Assembly: GCA_963833985.1 (NCBI GenBank)
Contig: CAWIAD010000002.1
Coordinates: 3,104,001 to 3,168,000, forward strand
From: an uncultured Planctomycetaceae bacterium
GTDB lineage: Bacteria > Planctomycetota > Planctomycetia > Isosphaerales > Isosphaeraceae
DNA: 64,000 nt
Direction of reading: 5' to 3'
The notes under the pieces were generated by a model. That model ran no database searches. It was not told where the DNA came from and saw only the letters and a program-made list of their open reading frames with translations. Shown here in pieces: positions 19,820 to 30,466 of this stretch (within the stretch, counting starts at the first letter, position 1; every line of letters begins with the position of its first letter). Made by a program: the position numbers and the translations under genes.

Positions 19820-20821
19820 TCAGAAGCCCAGCCAGGCGCCGATGCGGCGCAGGAATCCCTGCTTCTGAGGCTGCGCCGTCCGGTCGGCCATCACCTCGGC
19901 GGGATGGGTCCATGGTCCAGGAGCGCTTTCCTGGAACCGGATGAGACCGTCCTGGTGGGAAGGGGGCTCGGTTTTCCTCGCCAGCGATTGCGACTGGAGT
20001 GCCTCGAGGTGAGCCAGCAGCGTCCTGGCGGTCGTGCCGCGCGCGGCCAGAAGCTGGGAGAGTGGCCTGGGACGGGCGCCGCCGCGTCCCTGGGCCAGGT
20101 ACTCCAGCAACAGCGGCTTGCCGCGTTGCGGATCGGCGAGCATCATATGCACCCACGCCCAGGACTCCCGGTAGTCGCGCGGAGTCATGTCGTGGATGTC
20201 GGTGAGCGACTCCAGCCGGGCCAGGTCCGGTGCCCAGCCCTTCTTGAGGTCATCCGGTATCCTGGACAGATGCTCATCCTGAGCGTCGATCGTGTCGGTT
20301 CTGGTCTCGAAGTACTCGGCCAGCCCCTCGTCGAGCCAGAGCGGCAGATCGCCGTAGCAGCCGCGGACTAGGGCGTGCGTCGCCTCGTGCCGCAGGTCCT
20401 CCTCGAGCCGGTCGCTCAGGTAGGTGTAGACGACGCGCCGCGGCCCCTGGGCCAGAAAGAAGGCGCGCCGCGTGGGGAGTTCGGGAAAATAGAATTTGAG
20501 GAAGTGCGCGTACGCGTTGCGACTGTCCAGCACATAGATCTCGACGGGTTCGTCGTCGGTTCCGGAGCGGTAGTCGAGCCGGCTGCTCAGGTCCGTCTCC
20601 AGCGCGTGCAGGCAGCGGATCGACGGCGAATCGGCCGGCAGCGGCGTGCTGGAATAGACCAAAAAGGGGCCAGTACGGATCTGGTACCGAGTAGGGACCA
20701 GGGCCCGAGCTTCTCCATGCTCGCCCAGTGTGGCGCAGCCGGCCACGAGCACGAGCGGGACCAGTGCAACCCAGGGCCGGGATGTCTTGCCGTAAAGACG
20801 GATCCGGGTTGGTTCGCTCAT
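19820..20821 (-). CDS. DUF1570-type lipoprotein with HExxH metallopeptidase motif
   Basis: Lipobox LVAGC; LRHEATHAL; PLWLDEGLAEYFE. Confidence 0.75.
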   Translation of the reverse strand: MSEPTRIRLYGKTSRPWVALVPLVLVAGCATLGEHGEARALVPTRYQIRTGPFLVYSSTPLPADSPSIRCLHALETDLSSRLDYRSGTDDEPVEIYVLDSRNAYAHFLKFYFPELPTRRAFFLAQGPRRVVYTYLSDRLEEDLRHEATHALVRGCYGDLPLWLDEGLAEYFETRTDTIDAQDEHLSRIPDDLKKGWAPDLARLESLTDIHDMTPRDYRESWAWVHMMLADPQRGKPLLLEYLAQGRGGARPRPLSQLLAARGTTARTLLAHLEALQSQSLARKTEPPSHQDGLIRFQESAPGPWTHPAEVMADRTAQPQKQGFLRRIGAWLGF

Positions 20822-20844
20822 GCATGGGCTCCCGAGTTCCGGAT

Positions 20845-22633
20845 TCAGGAGAGGGGCCGTCCGCGCCGCTGGTTCCGCGCCCGCTTGGCCAGAACGGCAC
20901 GTTCCGTGCTCTTCCAGACGCTCTTCCAGTCGGAGAGCGGAGACAGGCCCCAGGGCAGGTAGGCGCGGAGGAAGCGGAGCGCTTCGGTGCGAGTTCGCCC
21001 CACGGCGCCCGCCAGGCTGACGCTCAGCCGAGCCAGGTTCTTGATGCGTCGTCGCTGCGGAACCGGATGCATCAGGCGGACGCCCACCAGGTCGATCAGG
21101 CTCAGGAAATCGCCGGAATCCAGGCGGTCCAGATGGACCAGGATATTGGTCGCTTTCAAGTCGCGGTGCGATAGCGAGCGCTCGTGGAGGTTGCGAATCA
21201 GGTGGGCCAGCGCCAGGTTGAGGTGGCGCACCCGGTGGCGGCGCGACGGCTCATCGAGCGCGGGGAGGAGCTTGCGCCACGTACTCCGCGAGCGTCGTGA
21301 CATGGTCGTGCTTGATCGTCGCCAGGTAGGTCTCGTGCGGCAGAAACCAGCAGAGTGGGCTGGACCCGAACGGCCGCTTGCGTGCCAGAAAGAGCAGGTT
21401 TCGCGGCGTGGAGATGCCTCGGCTGACCAGGTGCTGCCCGGCCTGCCAGGACCGCCAGGCGCACGACGGCCGCACCAGATTCAGCCAGGGATCGATCCAT
21501 TTCTTCCGGTTGAACCGCTTGTAGATCACGCGGGCGGGCCGGCCATCGACGCTCATGGTGACCTCGGCGACCGTCGAGGTGCGCGAGTTCTTGAGCACAA
21601 TCGTCCCCGGCGCGGAGAACGGCGCGTCCGGATCGGCCAGCAACAACTCCACCTCCGAGCCGTCCAGTTCACGTGCGGCGATGGACCAGGCATGCGGGCC
21701 CTGAAAAAGCTGAAAGTACTTGTTGCTGGAACAGCAACGGCGGCCCCAGCGCCGCCAGAGCCGCTCGGCCCAGGCGCGCGTCGAGCTTTCGATGCCCGCG
21801 GCGAACCGCCGCGGATCGGCGATCGTCTCCGTCCGGTTTTCCATGTAAGTCCGGAAGAACCGCAGGCAGTCGGACCGGCTGCACCGCAGCCAGAAATAAT
21901 GATGCAGCAGGGCCAGGTTCTGCTGCGCCGCGGTCCAGCTCATGCGCCCCTTCTTGTTGCTGCGCAGGGCATCAAGATCAATCATCGTCAGGACGGGCAT
22001 CTGCTCCACGTTCAGGTGAACCAGGACATTTCCGGGATGAAAATCGATGTGCGCCATGCCAGCGTTGTGCAGCCGCGCGGTGAGCACCGCCAGGGCCCTC
22101 GCCAGGCGATGGCGGATCTGCGAGCGCAGGGGCTCGGCGTAGCCGTCCAGCCGCTCCTCGATGAACTCGTCGAGCGCCACGGTTCCCGGGATCTCCCAGG
22201 TGACGAGATAGTTCTCGAAGAGGAACTTGCGGTGCCTTTGCTCGCCCAGCGCAATGGGATGGATGGTCGGGATGCCGATCGCCGCGAGCACTTCCGATCG
22301 TTTTCCCTCATTTCGTCCCTTGCCGCGACGCACCCACTGCCGGACCATGGCTCGGTAGTCGGGCACGAGATAGTGCTTGATGTAGATGGCGCCCTCGGGA
22401 AGGTCGACCCGGTAGACGACCCGGTGCGGGCCCGACTTGACGGTTCGCAACCGTCCCTCGTCGCGCCACTGGGCAAGCCGCAGCCCGTCCGGCCCAAGCA
22501 GCATCTCCTCCCAGGGCCCGCGCAGCCACCAGCCCACCGGGCCGGTCTGCACCCACCGCCAGTCGGGGGGCTGAAACATCCGTTGCAGGCCCGTCGTGGT
22601 CGTATCCTCGTCTGCCTTGACGTTGATCAGCAT
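20845..22633 (-). CDS. Tandem-domain lipopolysaccharide kinase (Kdo/WaaP/InaA family), frameshift near 21275
   Basis: First kinase domain with HIDFHPGNVL and IDLD. The second domain continues into ORF 20845..21303 with HRDLKATNIL and LIDL. Confidence 0.8.
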
Positions 22634-22675
22634 ATACGATGGCTACAGTAGCAGCCGAGTGCCGGCTTGGTCCTC

Positions 22676-23830
22676 TCAGGTGTCATCGCGTTCGCCTCCG
22701 GACCAGGCGCGAGACACGACACGGTGAAAGCCGCCAGAACGTCGGGAGCGCAGGAAGAACGGATCGGGAATCGCCCTCGAGGCCGCGCGGCCCAGTGGCG
22801 CTGGCTCCTGTGGAACCGCTGGCTCGACAGCGCTTACCGAGTCCACAAAGGCGCTTGCCCACGCCTCCGTGGAGTATCCGGCCTGCACCCGGCTCCGCGC
22901 CGTCTGCCCCATGGCTTGCCTCAATGCGGGATCGCCACAGAGCGTGCGTATCGCCTCAATCCAGTCATCAACCGCCCGCGGTAGGAAGCCCGTTTGGCCG
23001 GGTTCCACCAGCTCCACATGCATGCCGAAGGGATTGGCGACCACGGGCAGCCCGGCCGCCTGGTACTGGAGCACCTTGAGCCCGCACTTTCCCTGACTCC
23101 ACGAGTCCTCGGGCAGCCAGCTCACGCCGATCTGACCGGCCGCCAGGTCGCGCGCTTCCCACGCTTGCGACCAGGGCACAGGCACAATCGGCAGCGCTCC
23201 GAAATCGGGGAAGCGGTCACAAATCACTCGCAACCTCAAGCCCGGGATCTCCCGGCCCAGCCGGTCCCAGAGCGAGTGCTGCTGCTCGAGGCCCCGGAGC
23301 GTGCTCGAAGAGCCGATCCAGACCAGGTCGCACCCGCGCGACGCACCGCGCGGCCGCTCGGCCACGGCACGCTGCGGATAAAGCTCGGGGTCCACACAGG
23401 TCGGGATCATCCGGACGCGCGCCGCGGGCGCTCCGGACCGCAGCGCACAGTCGGCCAGGAAGTCATTCCCCGCAATCACCACGTCGGCGGCTTGCACGGT
23501 GGACTCGAACCGCTTCTGCCGGACCCGCGACTCAGTGCCCCGGCGGGCAAACGAGTCGCGGAACAGGACCGCGTCGTCGAAGTCGAACACCAGGTGCCGC
23601 GCGTGCTTGCGGAGGATCGCAAGCTGCCACCCCGGCAACAACCGGCGCTGCATGATCACCGCATCGTACGAGGAAACCGAGGAGAGCTGGGCAACGCGTG
23701 CAAGCAGCGAACGTTTCCACGGCCAGCAGTCGAGAGACCAGCCGGCGCGAGTGAGCGCCGGCGCGAATGCCCGGATACGATATCGGCAGCAGACGTGGTC
23801 CGGTGCGTCGACCAGGGCAAGAAGTCTCAT
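22676..23830 (-). CDS. Glycosyltransferase family 4 (GT-B)
   Basis: VFDFDDA, WIGS, GKCGLKVLQYQAAGLPVVA. Confidence 0.85.
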   Translation of the reverse strand: MRLLALVDAPDHVCCRYRIRAFAPALTRAGWSLDCWPWKRSLLARVAQLSSVSSYDAVIMQRRLLPGWQLAILRKHARHLVFDFDDAVLFRDSFARRGTESRVRQKRFESTVQAADVVIAGNDFLADCALRSGAPAARVRMIPTCVDPELYPQRAVAERPRGASRGCDLVWIGSSSTLRGLEQQHSLWDRLGREIPGLRLRVICDRFPDFGALPIVPVPWSQAWEARDLAAGQIGVSWLPEDSWSQGKCGLKVLQYQAAGLPVVANPFGMHVELVEPGQTGFLPRAVDDWIEAIRTLCGDPALRQAMGQTARSRVQAGYSTEAWASAFVDSVSAVEPAVPQEPAPLGRAASRAIPDPFFLRSRRSGGFHRVVSRAWSGGERDDT

Positions 23831-24145
23831 ACCGTCCTCCGTGACGGCGGGGCGGCCTGGAAGCTGCGGCGCAAAAAGCCCGATCCCTCACGCCGAAGCG
23901 ATCTTAGTCATCCCCTATAAAAAAGCAAGGCGGAATGAAGGATCCGGGCAAGGTAAGCTGCAAGGCTTGGCTCTGCCGCGGGGGGGGCCGGCGAGAGACG
24001 GGTAAATGGCAGCCAGCGACCAACTCGGATTGCTGAGGCGGGGCTTTCCTGGTAGGGATACGGCCGCTCGATGGTCGGAGCTCGCCCTGACGCTCCGAGC
24101 ATGCACGGAAGCTTGTCGGGCGACCTCACGGCGACGTTGTTGCAC

Positions 24146-26389
24146 ATGAAGAACTTCGTTCGGCTGGTACGCTTTGCCTGGCCACATCGCTACCGTTTCC
24201 TGATCTCCGTCGCGTGTGCCGCGATGGTGGCCCTCTTCTTCTTCACCGAGCTGGCGGCGGTGCTGCCGCTTCTGAACATCCTGTTCAAGAGTGAGAACCC
24301 CCAGCGCTGGGTTTCCAGCAAGATCGATGCGGTGGGCGAGCGCATCATTCTTCTTGATGCGCAGGCCGAGGAAGCTCGGAAGTTCCTCAGGGCCGGGGAG
24401 GCCGGAGATCTTCAGGCACCGGAGATCGCGCGTGAGTACCGTGAGCTGGACGACCAGGCTGCCGAGATGCGCAGCAAGCTCAATGAACACCAGCGCGCCG
24501 TGGACATGCCCGATCTGAAAGGGTTCTCGCCGCAGTTTGTCAAGAAAGAGCTGGCCGAGATCGAGGTCCTGCAAAAACGACTCGACATCGTCGACGGCCG
24601 CCTCGCCGAGCTGCGCCGGGGTAGTAACTGGCTCAAGGCCGGCGATCTGGCGTCGATCCGATATCGTCTGGTACAGCTCAAGCAAGAGACAGGAGACGAG
24701 CAAAAATGGCTGGGGAGGTATCAGCGGCTGAAGCCGCTGGTATTCCGCTATCTCCCCTCCGACGCGTTTCGCAACCTGCTGCTCCTGATCGGCCTGGTGA
24801 TCCTTGGCGTGGCCGTCAAGGGGTTCTTCATGTTCCTCCAGGAGGTGCTGGTCGCGGACGTCATGCAGCGCACGCAGTTTGACATCCGCAACCTGTTCTT
24901 CCGCCGCACGATCAACCTGGACCCGGGAAGCTTCTCCGACCAGGGGTCCGCCGAGCTGATGGCCCGGTTCACCAACGACATGGACTCCTTTGGCCAGGGC
25001 CTTGTCACGTTGCTCAGCAAGCTGATCCGCGAGCCGATGCGCGTGGTCTTTTGTCTGAGCGGAGCGCTTTATCTCAACTGGCGGCTCACCTGCCTGACGC
25101 TCGTGGTCGTTCCCATCTCCGCGCTCACCACCGTGCGCGTCGGCCGGATCATGAAGCGCGCGATGAGGCGGTCGCTGGAGAGCATGTCGTCGATCTACAA
25201 GATCCTCCAGGAAAGCTTCCAGGGGATCCGTGTGGTCAAGGCCTTCGCCATGGAGCGGGTCGAGCGCAGGCGGTTCTTCATCGAGACCAAGAATTTCTAC
25301 CGCAAGGCGATCCGGGTGGCGATGATCGACGCCATGTCGGACCCGGTCCTGGAGATGCTCACCCTGGTCACTGTGGCCATCGCGCTGCTCGCGGGATCGT
25401 ACCTCGTGCTCAAGAAGACCATCTTCCTGAGCGTCGGCCCTTTTCACATTCAGCTTGCCTCCCAGGTCATGGCCATCGAGGAACTCTTGACCCTGTACGC
25501 CGTGCTGGCCGGCGCCTCCGACCCGATCCGCAAGCTGTCCAACGTGCATTCCAAGATCCAGCGCGCGGCCGCGGCCGCCGACCGGATCTGTGCCATGATG
25601 GATCGCGAACCGAAGGTCGTGGAGCGTCCCGACGCGATCGAACTGCCAAAACCCCCCCGAATCCTCGAGTTCCAGGACGTTCATTTCAGCTACCCCGGCC
25701 GTCCGCCCGTGCTGCAAGGCATATCGCTGGTGGTTCACCACGGCGAAACGGTTGCCCTGGTTGGCCCCAACGGCTGCGGCAAGACCACGCTCATGAACCT
25801 GCTGCCCCGGTTCTGGGACGTCGATTCCGGGTCCATCACGATTGATGGACACAACATCCGTGACCTGCGTATCCGCAATTTCCGCCGCCAGATCGGCATC
25901 GTCCCGCAAGAGACGATCCTGTTCCAGGATACCATCGCCCACAACATTGCCTACGGGGACCCGACCGCCAGCCGCGACCGTATCATCGAGGCCGCCCAGC
26001 GCGCCTACGCGCACCAGTTCATCACGACCCTTCCCGACGGCTACGACACGCTCATCGGCGAGCGCGGGCACGGCCTCTCCGGAGGCCAGCGTCAGCGCAT
26101 CGCCCTGGCACGCGCCATGCTTCGCGACCCCTCGATCCTGATCCTCGACGAGGCCACCAGCGCTGTGGATATCCAGGACGAGGCCCTGATCCGCAAGGCG
26201 ATCGAGGAGTTCTCGAAGGGCCGCACCACGTTCTTGATCTCGCACAGCCTGGGCACGATCCAGTTCGCCGACCGGATCATCCTCATCGACGACGGCCGCA
26301 TCGTCGCCTCGGGCACCGATCACGAGCTGCGCCGCAACTCGCCCTTGTACCGCCGGCTCTACGAGATCCATTACCAGCGGGGAGCCTGA
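24146..26389 (+). CDS. ABC transporter, fused permease/ATPase (MsbA-like) with large periplasmic coiled-coil insert
   Basis: GPNGCGKT Walker A, LSGGQRQR signature, ILDEATS; TM helices; divergent from LPS-type kinase and GT genes. Confidence 0.88.
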   Translation: MKNFVRLVRFAWPHRYRFLISVACAAMVALFFFTELAAVLPLLNILFKSENPQRWVSSKIDAVGERIILLDAQAEEARKFLRAGEAGDLQAPEIAREYRELDDQAAEMRSKLNEHQRAVDMPDLKGFSPQFVKKELAEIEVLQKRLDIVDGRLAELRRGSNWLKAGDLASIRYRLVQLKQETGDEQKWLGRYQRLKPLVFRYLPSDAFRNLLLLIGLVILGVAVKGFFMFLQEVLVADVMQRTQFDIRNLFFRRTINLDPGSFSDQGSAELMARFTNDMDSFGQGLVTLLSKLIREPMRVVFCLSGALYLNWRLTCLTLVVVPISALTTVRVGRIMKRAMRRSLESMSSIYKILQESFQGIRVVKAFAMERVERRRFFIETKNFYRKAIRVAMIDAMSDPVLEMLTLVTVAIALLAGSYLVLKKTIFLSVGPFHIQLASQVMAIEELLTLYAVLAGASDPIRKLSNVHSKIQRAAAAADRICAMMDREPKVVERPDAIELPKPPRILEFQDVHFSYPGRPPVLQGISLVVHHGETVALVGPNGCGKTTLMNLLPRFWDVDSGSITIDGHNIRDLRIRNFRRQIGIVPQETILFQDTIAHNIAYGDPTASRDRIIEAAQRAYAHQFITTLPDGYDTLIGERGHGLSGGQRQRIALARAMLRDPSILILDEATSAVDIQDEALIRKAIEEFSKGRTTFLISHSLGTIQFADRIILIDDGRIVASGTDHELRRNSPLYRRLYEIHYQRGA

Positions 26390-26562
26390 GAAAGGGCGCG
26401 GCGCTCGCCAGTGGGCAATCGCGACGGTTGGTTCCACGAGATCGCACGGCCGCCGGTCGCGACAAAGTTCAGGAGCCGCGTCGAAGCAGTCAAGCCGCGC
26501 GCATTCATCGACCGATAGGTTCTCTGGTGACGGCTACGCTGCTCGCGCTTCACGATCATGAA

Positions 26563-26618
26563 GGGTGATGGAGTTCGCCCGACGTTGAACCGCTCCCCCG
26601 GGGGCTGATGACTCCTAC
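26563..26618 (+). promoter_or_regulatory. Fluoride riboswitch (crcB motif) aptamer
   Basis: GGGTGATGGAGTTCGCCC..TGAACCGC..GCTGATGACTCCTAC matches the crcB consensus: P1 GGGTGA/TCGCCC, pseudoknot GGAGT/ACTCC, AACCGC and GCTGATGAC. Confidence 0.93.
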
Positions 26619-26655
26619 TGAAAGGCCGCTGGCCTGACGGTAGGCGTTTTTTTTT
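26614..26655 (+). terminator. Intrinsic terminator forming the riboswitch expression platform
   Basis: CCTACTG (26614-26620) pairs with CGGTAGG (26638-26644) around an inner AGGCC/GGCCT stem, followed by a T9 tract (26647-26655). The 5' arm overlaps the aptamer pseudoknot strand. Confidence 0.85.
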
Positions 26656-26688
26656 GCGCCACGTGCCAGCGGTTCAAGGGGTGTTTTC

Positions 26689-27732
26689 TTGGACCGACTC
26701 CTGCACAGTCCCTGGCGCATGGGGATGCCGGCTCTGGCGGCCGTGCTGATCGTCCTGGGTGGCAGCGTCGTTGCCCAGGAAGGCCCTGCGCCCGATCCCG
26801 CGCAGCCGGGGGAGGCCAGACGCCTGTCCTTCTGGGAAGTTGCAGGCGAGTCGCTCGCCGGCGAGGCCTCCGTCGACCTCTGGACTCCGCTCTCCTGGCG
26901 CGGTCTCTTCACCGAAGGCTGGAACACTCCGTTTGTCTTCTCACCTCCCAGTGACTCAGGCGCTCTACGGCAGGAGTGGATCAACGCAGCCAACGGAGTA
27001 TTCTATCGCCAGTGGGTCCTCGATTACGCCTACCACAACCACGTTGGATCACACGGCGATCAACACATCGGCTCCTGGTTCATCTTCGCGCCGCTCAGCC
27101 GCCGCCTGGAAATCCTCTTCACCGTGCCGTTCGTCGATTACAGCCAGGCGGGCGCCGGCAGGAGCCCGAGTACACCGGGCAGCGGTCGCTCCGGCTCTGT
27201 AAATGGGGGAGGAGTCGGACGCTCCGGTAACGATCAGGGCGACATCGGCGATCTCAGCATCACGCCCCAGGTGCTGGTCCACGAGACGCGCAACACATCA
27301 ATCATGTCCATCATGACCATCCGTACGCCCACCGGAAGCCTCGCGCAGGACAATGGCCATACCTCGCTTGGACCGCAGATCCAGTTCTGGCAAGGCCTGC
27401 CCCGCCGCTGGGTGGTCCGGGGCGGTTGCGGCCCCACGATCCCGCTTGGCGATACGGGCCTGCGAACGACTTTCGACAGCAACTTGACCCTGGGCAAGTT
27501 TCTCACCATCGACGAATACCGCTACTTCAAGGAGTTCACGGTCTACCTCGCCGCCAACGCCTCCAGCTCGGTCGATCATCGCGGGCCGAACGCGACCACG
27601 CTCACCCTGCTGCCCGGGCTGCGGTTCCGGGTCACGCCGAATTACTGGCTTCTCTATGGGGTCGAGACCTCCCTGGTAGGCCCGGGCCATGAGGATTACG
27701 GCATGTATTTCCGCCTCGTGCGACGGTTTTGA
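26689..27732 (+). CDS. Putative outer-membrane beta-barrel (COG4313/MetA-pathway 'transporter'-like), fluoride-riboswitch controlled
   Basis: Signal peptide (ATG 26719 is an alternative start); amphipathic beta strands; VPF..GDIGDL..TPTG motifs; C-terminal Phe (YFRLVRRF). Confidence 0.6.
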   Translation: MDRLLHSPWRMGMPALAAVLIVLGGSVVAQEGPAPDPAQPGEARRLSFWEVAGESLAGEASVDLWTPLSWRGLFTEGWNTPFVFSPPSDSGALRQEWINAANGVFYRQWVLDYAYHNHVGSHGDQHIGSWFIFAPLSRRLEILFTVPFVDYSQAGAGRSPSTPGSGRSGSVNGGGVGRSGNDQGDIGDLSITPQVLVHETRNTSIMSIMTIRTPTGSLAQDNGHTSLGPQIQFWQGLPRRWVVRGGCGPTIPLGDTGLRTTFDSNLTLGKFLTIDEYRYFKEFTVYLAANASSSVDHRGPNATTLTLLPGLRFRVTPNYWLLYGVETSLVGPGHEDYGMYFRLVRRF

Positions 27733-27949
27733 GCCATCCTGGGGCCGCTTGCTTTCGGCGTGCTCACCGGGCGCCCGCAGCCGTCTGGCGCGGGACGATC
27801 CTGGTAACGCAGCGTCCCGTTGTCGATCTCAAGACGTGCTCGCCGCGCACAAAGCCTGAAGGGCAGGCAGGCAGGGAAGAGGAAAGCATTTCCCGGGTCT
27901 GCCAGCACTCTCCAGGCAAGGTGCCCGGCGCGATTGCGGATCCTGGTCA

Positions 27950-29239
27950 TCAGAGCGCGGCAACGCCTTGCGGACGAACCAGATTCGGGACGGGCAAGAC
28001 CGTTGGCGAGGACGGTACCTCCATCAACGTGCCGTCCGCACCCACGCTGAAGACGTGCAAGGCGTTGGCCTCGGGCGTGGACATGGCGGAGAACTGCTGG
28101 GTGACGACGTGCAGGAAGCTCTCCGTCGGGTCCAGAGCGAACTGGTATCCGCCGGGGTTGCTTCCCGGCGCCACATCAAGATCAATCTTCTGAATCTCGA
28201 CGGGCTGGGACGGGTCGGTCGCGATGTCAAACACCGAGATGCTGGGGTCACCGGTATTGCTGGCGTAAAGTCGCGTGCCTGCCTTGTTCACCAGCAGCCA
28301 GCAGACGCCGTTACCCGAATCGGCAACCGAGCGCAGAAAGTGCAGGCCGCCGATCGGAGTGTACCGGTACACTCCCACCCGGTTGATCGTGACGAAGCCG
28401 ACGTAGAGGAAAGGGCGATGCGGGTGCACCGCCAGGCCCAGCGGCAAGGGCGGCGCGCCCGAGGCCGCGAACTCCATGGGCGGTAACGCCAGGGCGGCTT
28501 GCGGCGCGAGGCGGCCCTTTTCCCCGATCGAGAGGGTACGCAGCAAGCCGCCCAGAAAGTCCGCCCCGAAGAGGAGCCGGCCCGACGGCGAGATGAGCGC
28601 CTGCGAGGGGTTGGATCCCAGATCGTCATAGAGCGTCGAGTTGGGAACCGGACGGAGCTGACCCTTCGGGGACACCTTGAACGAGGTGTAGTTTGGCAGT
28701 GTCTTGCCGGGATGATTCGGGTCATCGTCCTTGTTCACGACGCACAGAATGTCTCCCGCGAGCCCCAGGCTCACGGGGTTCGACCCGCCAGAGGAAAACG
28801 GCGAGCCTGGAACCGGGGTGAGAGATCCGTCGCCCTGGATCGAGAACACGGCGATCGTGTCGGAGCCTCCGTTGACGGCAAACAAGAGCGTGTGCGAGGG
28901 GTTGACGATGATCTCCTGATCCGAGTCGTATGGTCCCAGGTCGAACGTCGGCGTCACGCCCAACCCGGCGGTCGAAAATGGCGAGCCCGGCAGCGGGGAC
29001 AGGCTTCCATCGGCCCCTCTCGTGTATGCCAGGATGGCATTGCCGCCGGGATCGTTGCTCTCCACATAGACGAGGTTCCTTGGTCCCTGAGCCTGGGCCG
29101 TGGCCAACTGGCCAGACGTAACCAGCAGCGCAACAGCAAGCGACGCTAGCAAACACGAGCTGCGCAAGCGAACCACGACCGATGAAACCGGTTGCGGTCG
29201 TTCTGTGACCCGGGCGCTTCTCCTGAAGTTGAACAGCAC
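27950..29239 (-). CDS. Secreted lactonase-family beta-propeller protein
   Basis: Signal peptide; repeated PGSPFS/LFAVNGGSDTIAVF blades. Start uncertain. Confidence 0.8.
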   Translation of the reverse strand: MLFNFRRSARVTERPQPVSSVVVRLRSSCLLASLAVALLVTSGQLATAQAQGPRNLVYVESNDPGGNAILAYTRGADGSLSPLPGSPFSTAGLGVTPTFDLGPYDSDQEIIVNPSHTLLFAVNGGSDTIAVFSIQGDGSLTPVPGSPFSSGGSNPVSLGLAGDILCVVNKDDDPNHPGKTLPNYTSFKVSPKGQLRPVPNSTLYDDLGSNPSQALISPSGRLLFGADFLGGLLRTLSIGEKGRLAPQAALALPPMEFAASGAPPLPLGLAVHPHRPFLYVGFVTINRVGVYRYTPIGGLHFLRSVADSGNGVCWLLVNKAGTRLYASNTGDPSISVFDIATDPSQPVEIQKIDLDVAPGSNPGGYQFALDPTESFLHVVTQQFSAMSTPEANALHVFSVGADGTLMEVPSSPTVLPVPNLVRPQGVAAL

Positions 29240-29436
29240 GGTCGATTCTCCCTCGATTGGAATGATGCGAGATTCCTGGCGAGGCCGGCCCACCAGATGC
29301 CTGGGCGCGGTCAGCGAGCCCGACCACGGGTGGACGCGATTGGTCCGCCGGTGGATGACAGATCAGGGCCGCCGGGAATGAGTCGACCGGCGTGCGGATT
29401 CCTGACAGCGTTCGTGTCGAAATGGCGGCGAAAGGC

Positions 29437-29730
29437 TCACTCGCCATCGAGCGCGCGGTGGATCCGTGCGCGCGCGTCGGCCGGCAAGCCAGGGCCTGGC
29501 AAGGGCAGGGGAAGGTCCGTGTCCAGACGACTGGCCAGCAGTCGCAAGGAGCGGCTCAAGAGTGCAATTTGCCTCGAGTACCGGCGGCAGGCCGCGCAAT
29601 ATAGAAAGTGGCTTCGAAGGGCGAAACGCTCCGTCGGCGACAGCTCGCGGTCGAGCGACTCGCAGGCCAGGCGAGACATTCCCTCGCAGGGAAGGTTCAT
29701 CAGATGCCAGATCCGGCCGAGAGCGCTCAT
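29437..29730 (-). CDS. Zinc-finger (zf-HC2) anti-sigma factor
   Basis: CEGMSRL..HFLYCAACRRY HxxxCxxC motif; overlaps the sigma-factor stop (ATGA). Confidence 0.85.
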   Translation of the reverse strand: MSALGRIWHLMNLPCEGMSRLACESLDRELSPTERFALRSHFLYCAACRRYSRQIALLSRSLRLLASRLDTDLPLPLPGPGLPADARARIHRALDGE

Positions 29731-30377
29731 GCGCGCAGTACGCCTTTCACGGCAGATGGTTTCCGTTTCGAATGGCCGAACCAGTTCGACTCCAGGCATT
29801 GACGAAGCAGTGAGCGTGCCCGATGAAGGCGCTTCCAGAAGTTCGAGGGCGTGATGGCCAGGATCTCCTGGACCTGCTCGGCGTCAAGTCCATCCACCTC
29901 GCGCAGGAAGAACGAGTCGGCGATTCCCCGTGGTAAGTTCTCCAGGCACCGGCCAAAGACCTCCCAGAACTCGCGTGTCTCGATCTCTGCGACCGGATCA
30001 CCCCTCCAGGCGGCCGGACCGGCACGCCAGAGGCCGCGACGGTCGAAGGGAGACTCGCGCGCGGCCCCACCTTCATGCCCCATGACCGCGACCGGGCCCC
30101 GACTCGCCTTGCGCAAGCGGTCGATGACCTTGTGCTTGAGAATGCCCACCAGCCAGGTGCGCTCGCTGGAACGACCCGCGAAGGAGTCCTGGACGCGGAG
30201 TGCCTCCAGGAAGGTGTCCTGAACCACGTCCGCGGCCTGATCGGGTGAACGGAGGCGCAACAGCGCATAACGGTAGAGCACATCTCCGTGCCTCTCTACC
30301 CAGAGGTGCGGGTCCAGCGGCGCGTCGTGACTCTCGGGCCGACAACCCGCCGATCGTTGACCGGTCTGCAAGCTCAT
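29727..30377 (-). CDS. ECF sigma-70 factor
   Basis: AADVVQDTFL, SSERTWLVGILKHK, LHRARSLLRQCLE. Confidence 0.9.
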   Translation of the reverse strand: MSLQTGQRSAGCRPESHDAPLDPHLWVERHGDVLYRYALLRLRSPDQAADVVQDTFLEALRVQDSFAGRSSERTWLVGILKHKVIDRLRKASRGPVAVMGHEGGAARESPFDRRGLWRAGPAAWRGDPVAEIETREFWEVFGRCLENLPRGIADSFFLREVDGLDAEQVQEILAITPSNFWKRLHRARSLLRQCLESNWFGHSKRKPSAVKGVLRA

Positions 30378-30466
30378 GATGGTGAGTCGTCCAGACCCTG
30401 CAATTCCTGACAAAGTTTTTTTCTTACCGGCCCGGCGCCCTGGCATGACACTCAGACCGCTTGCGG

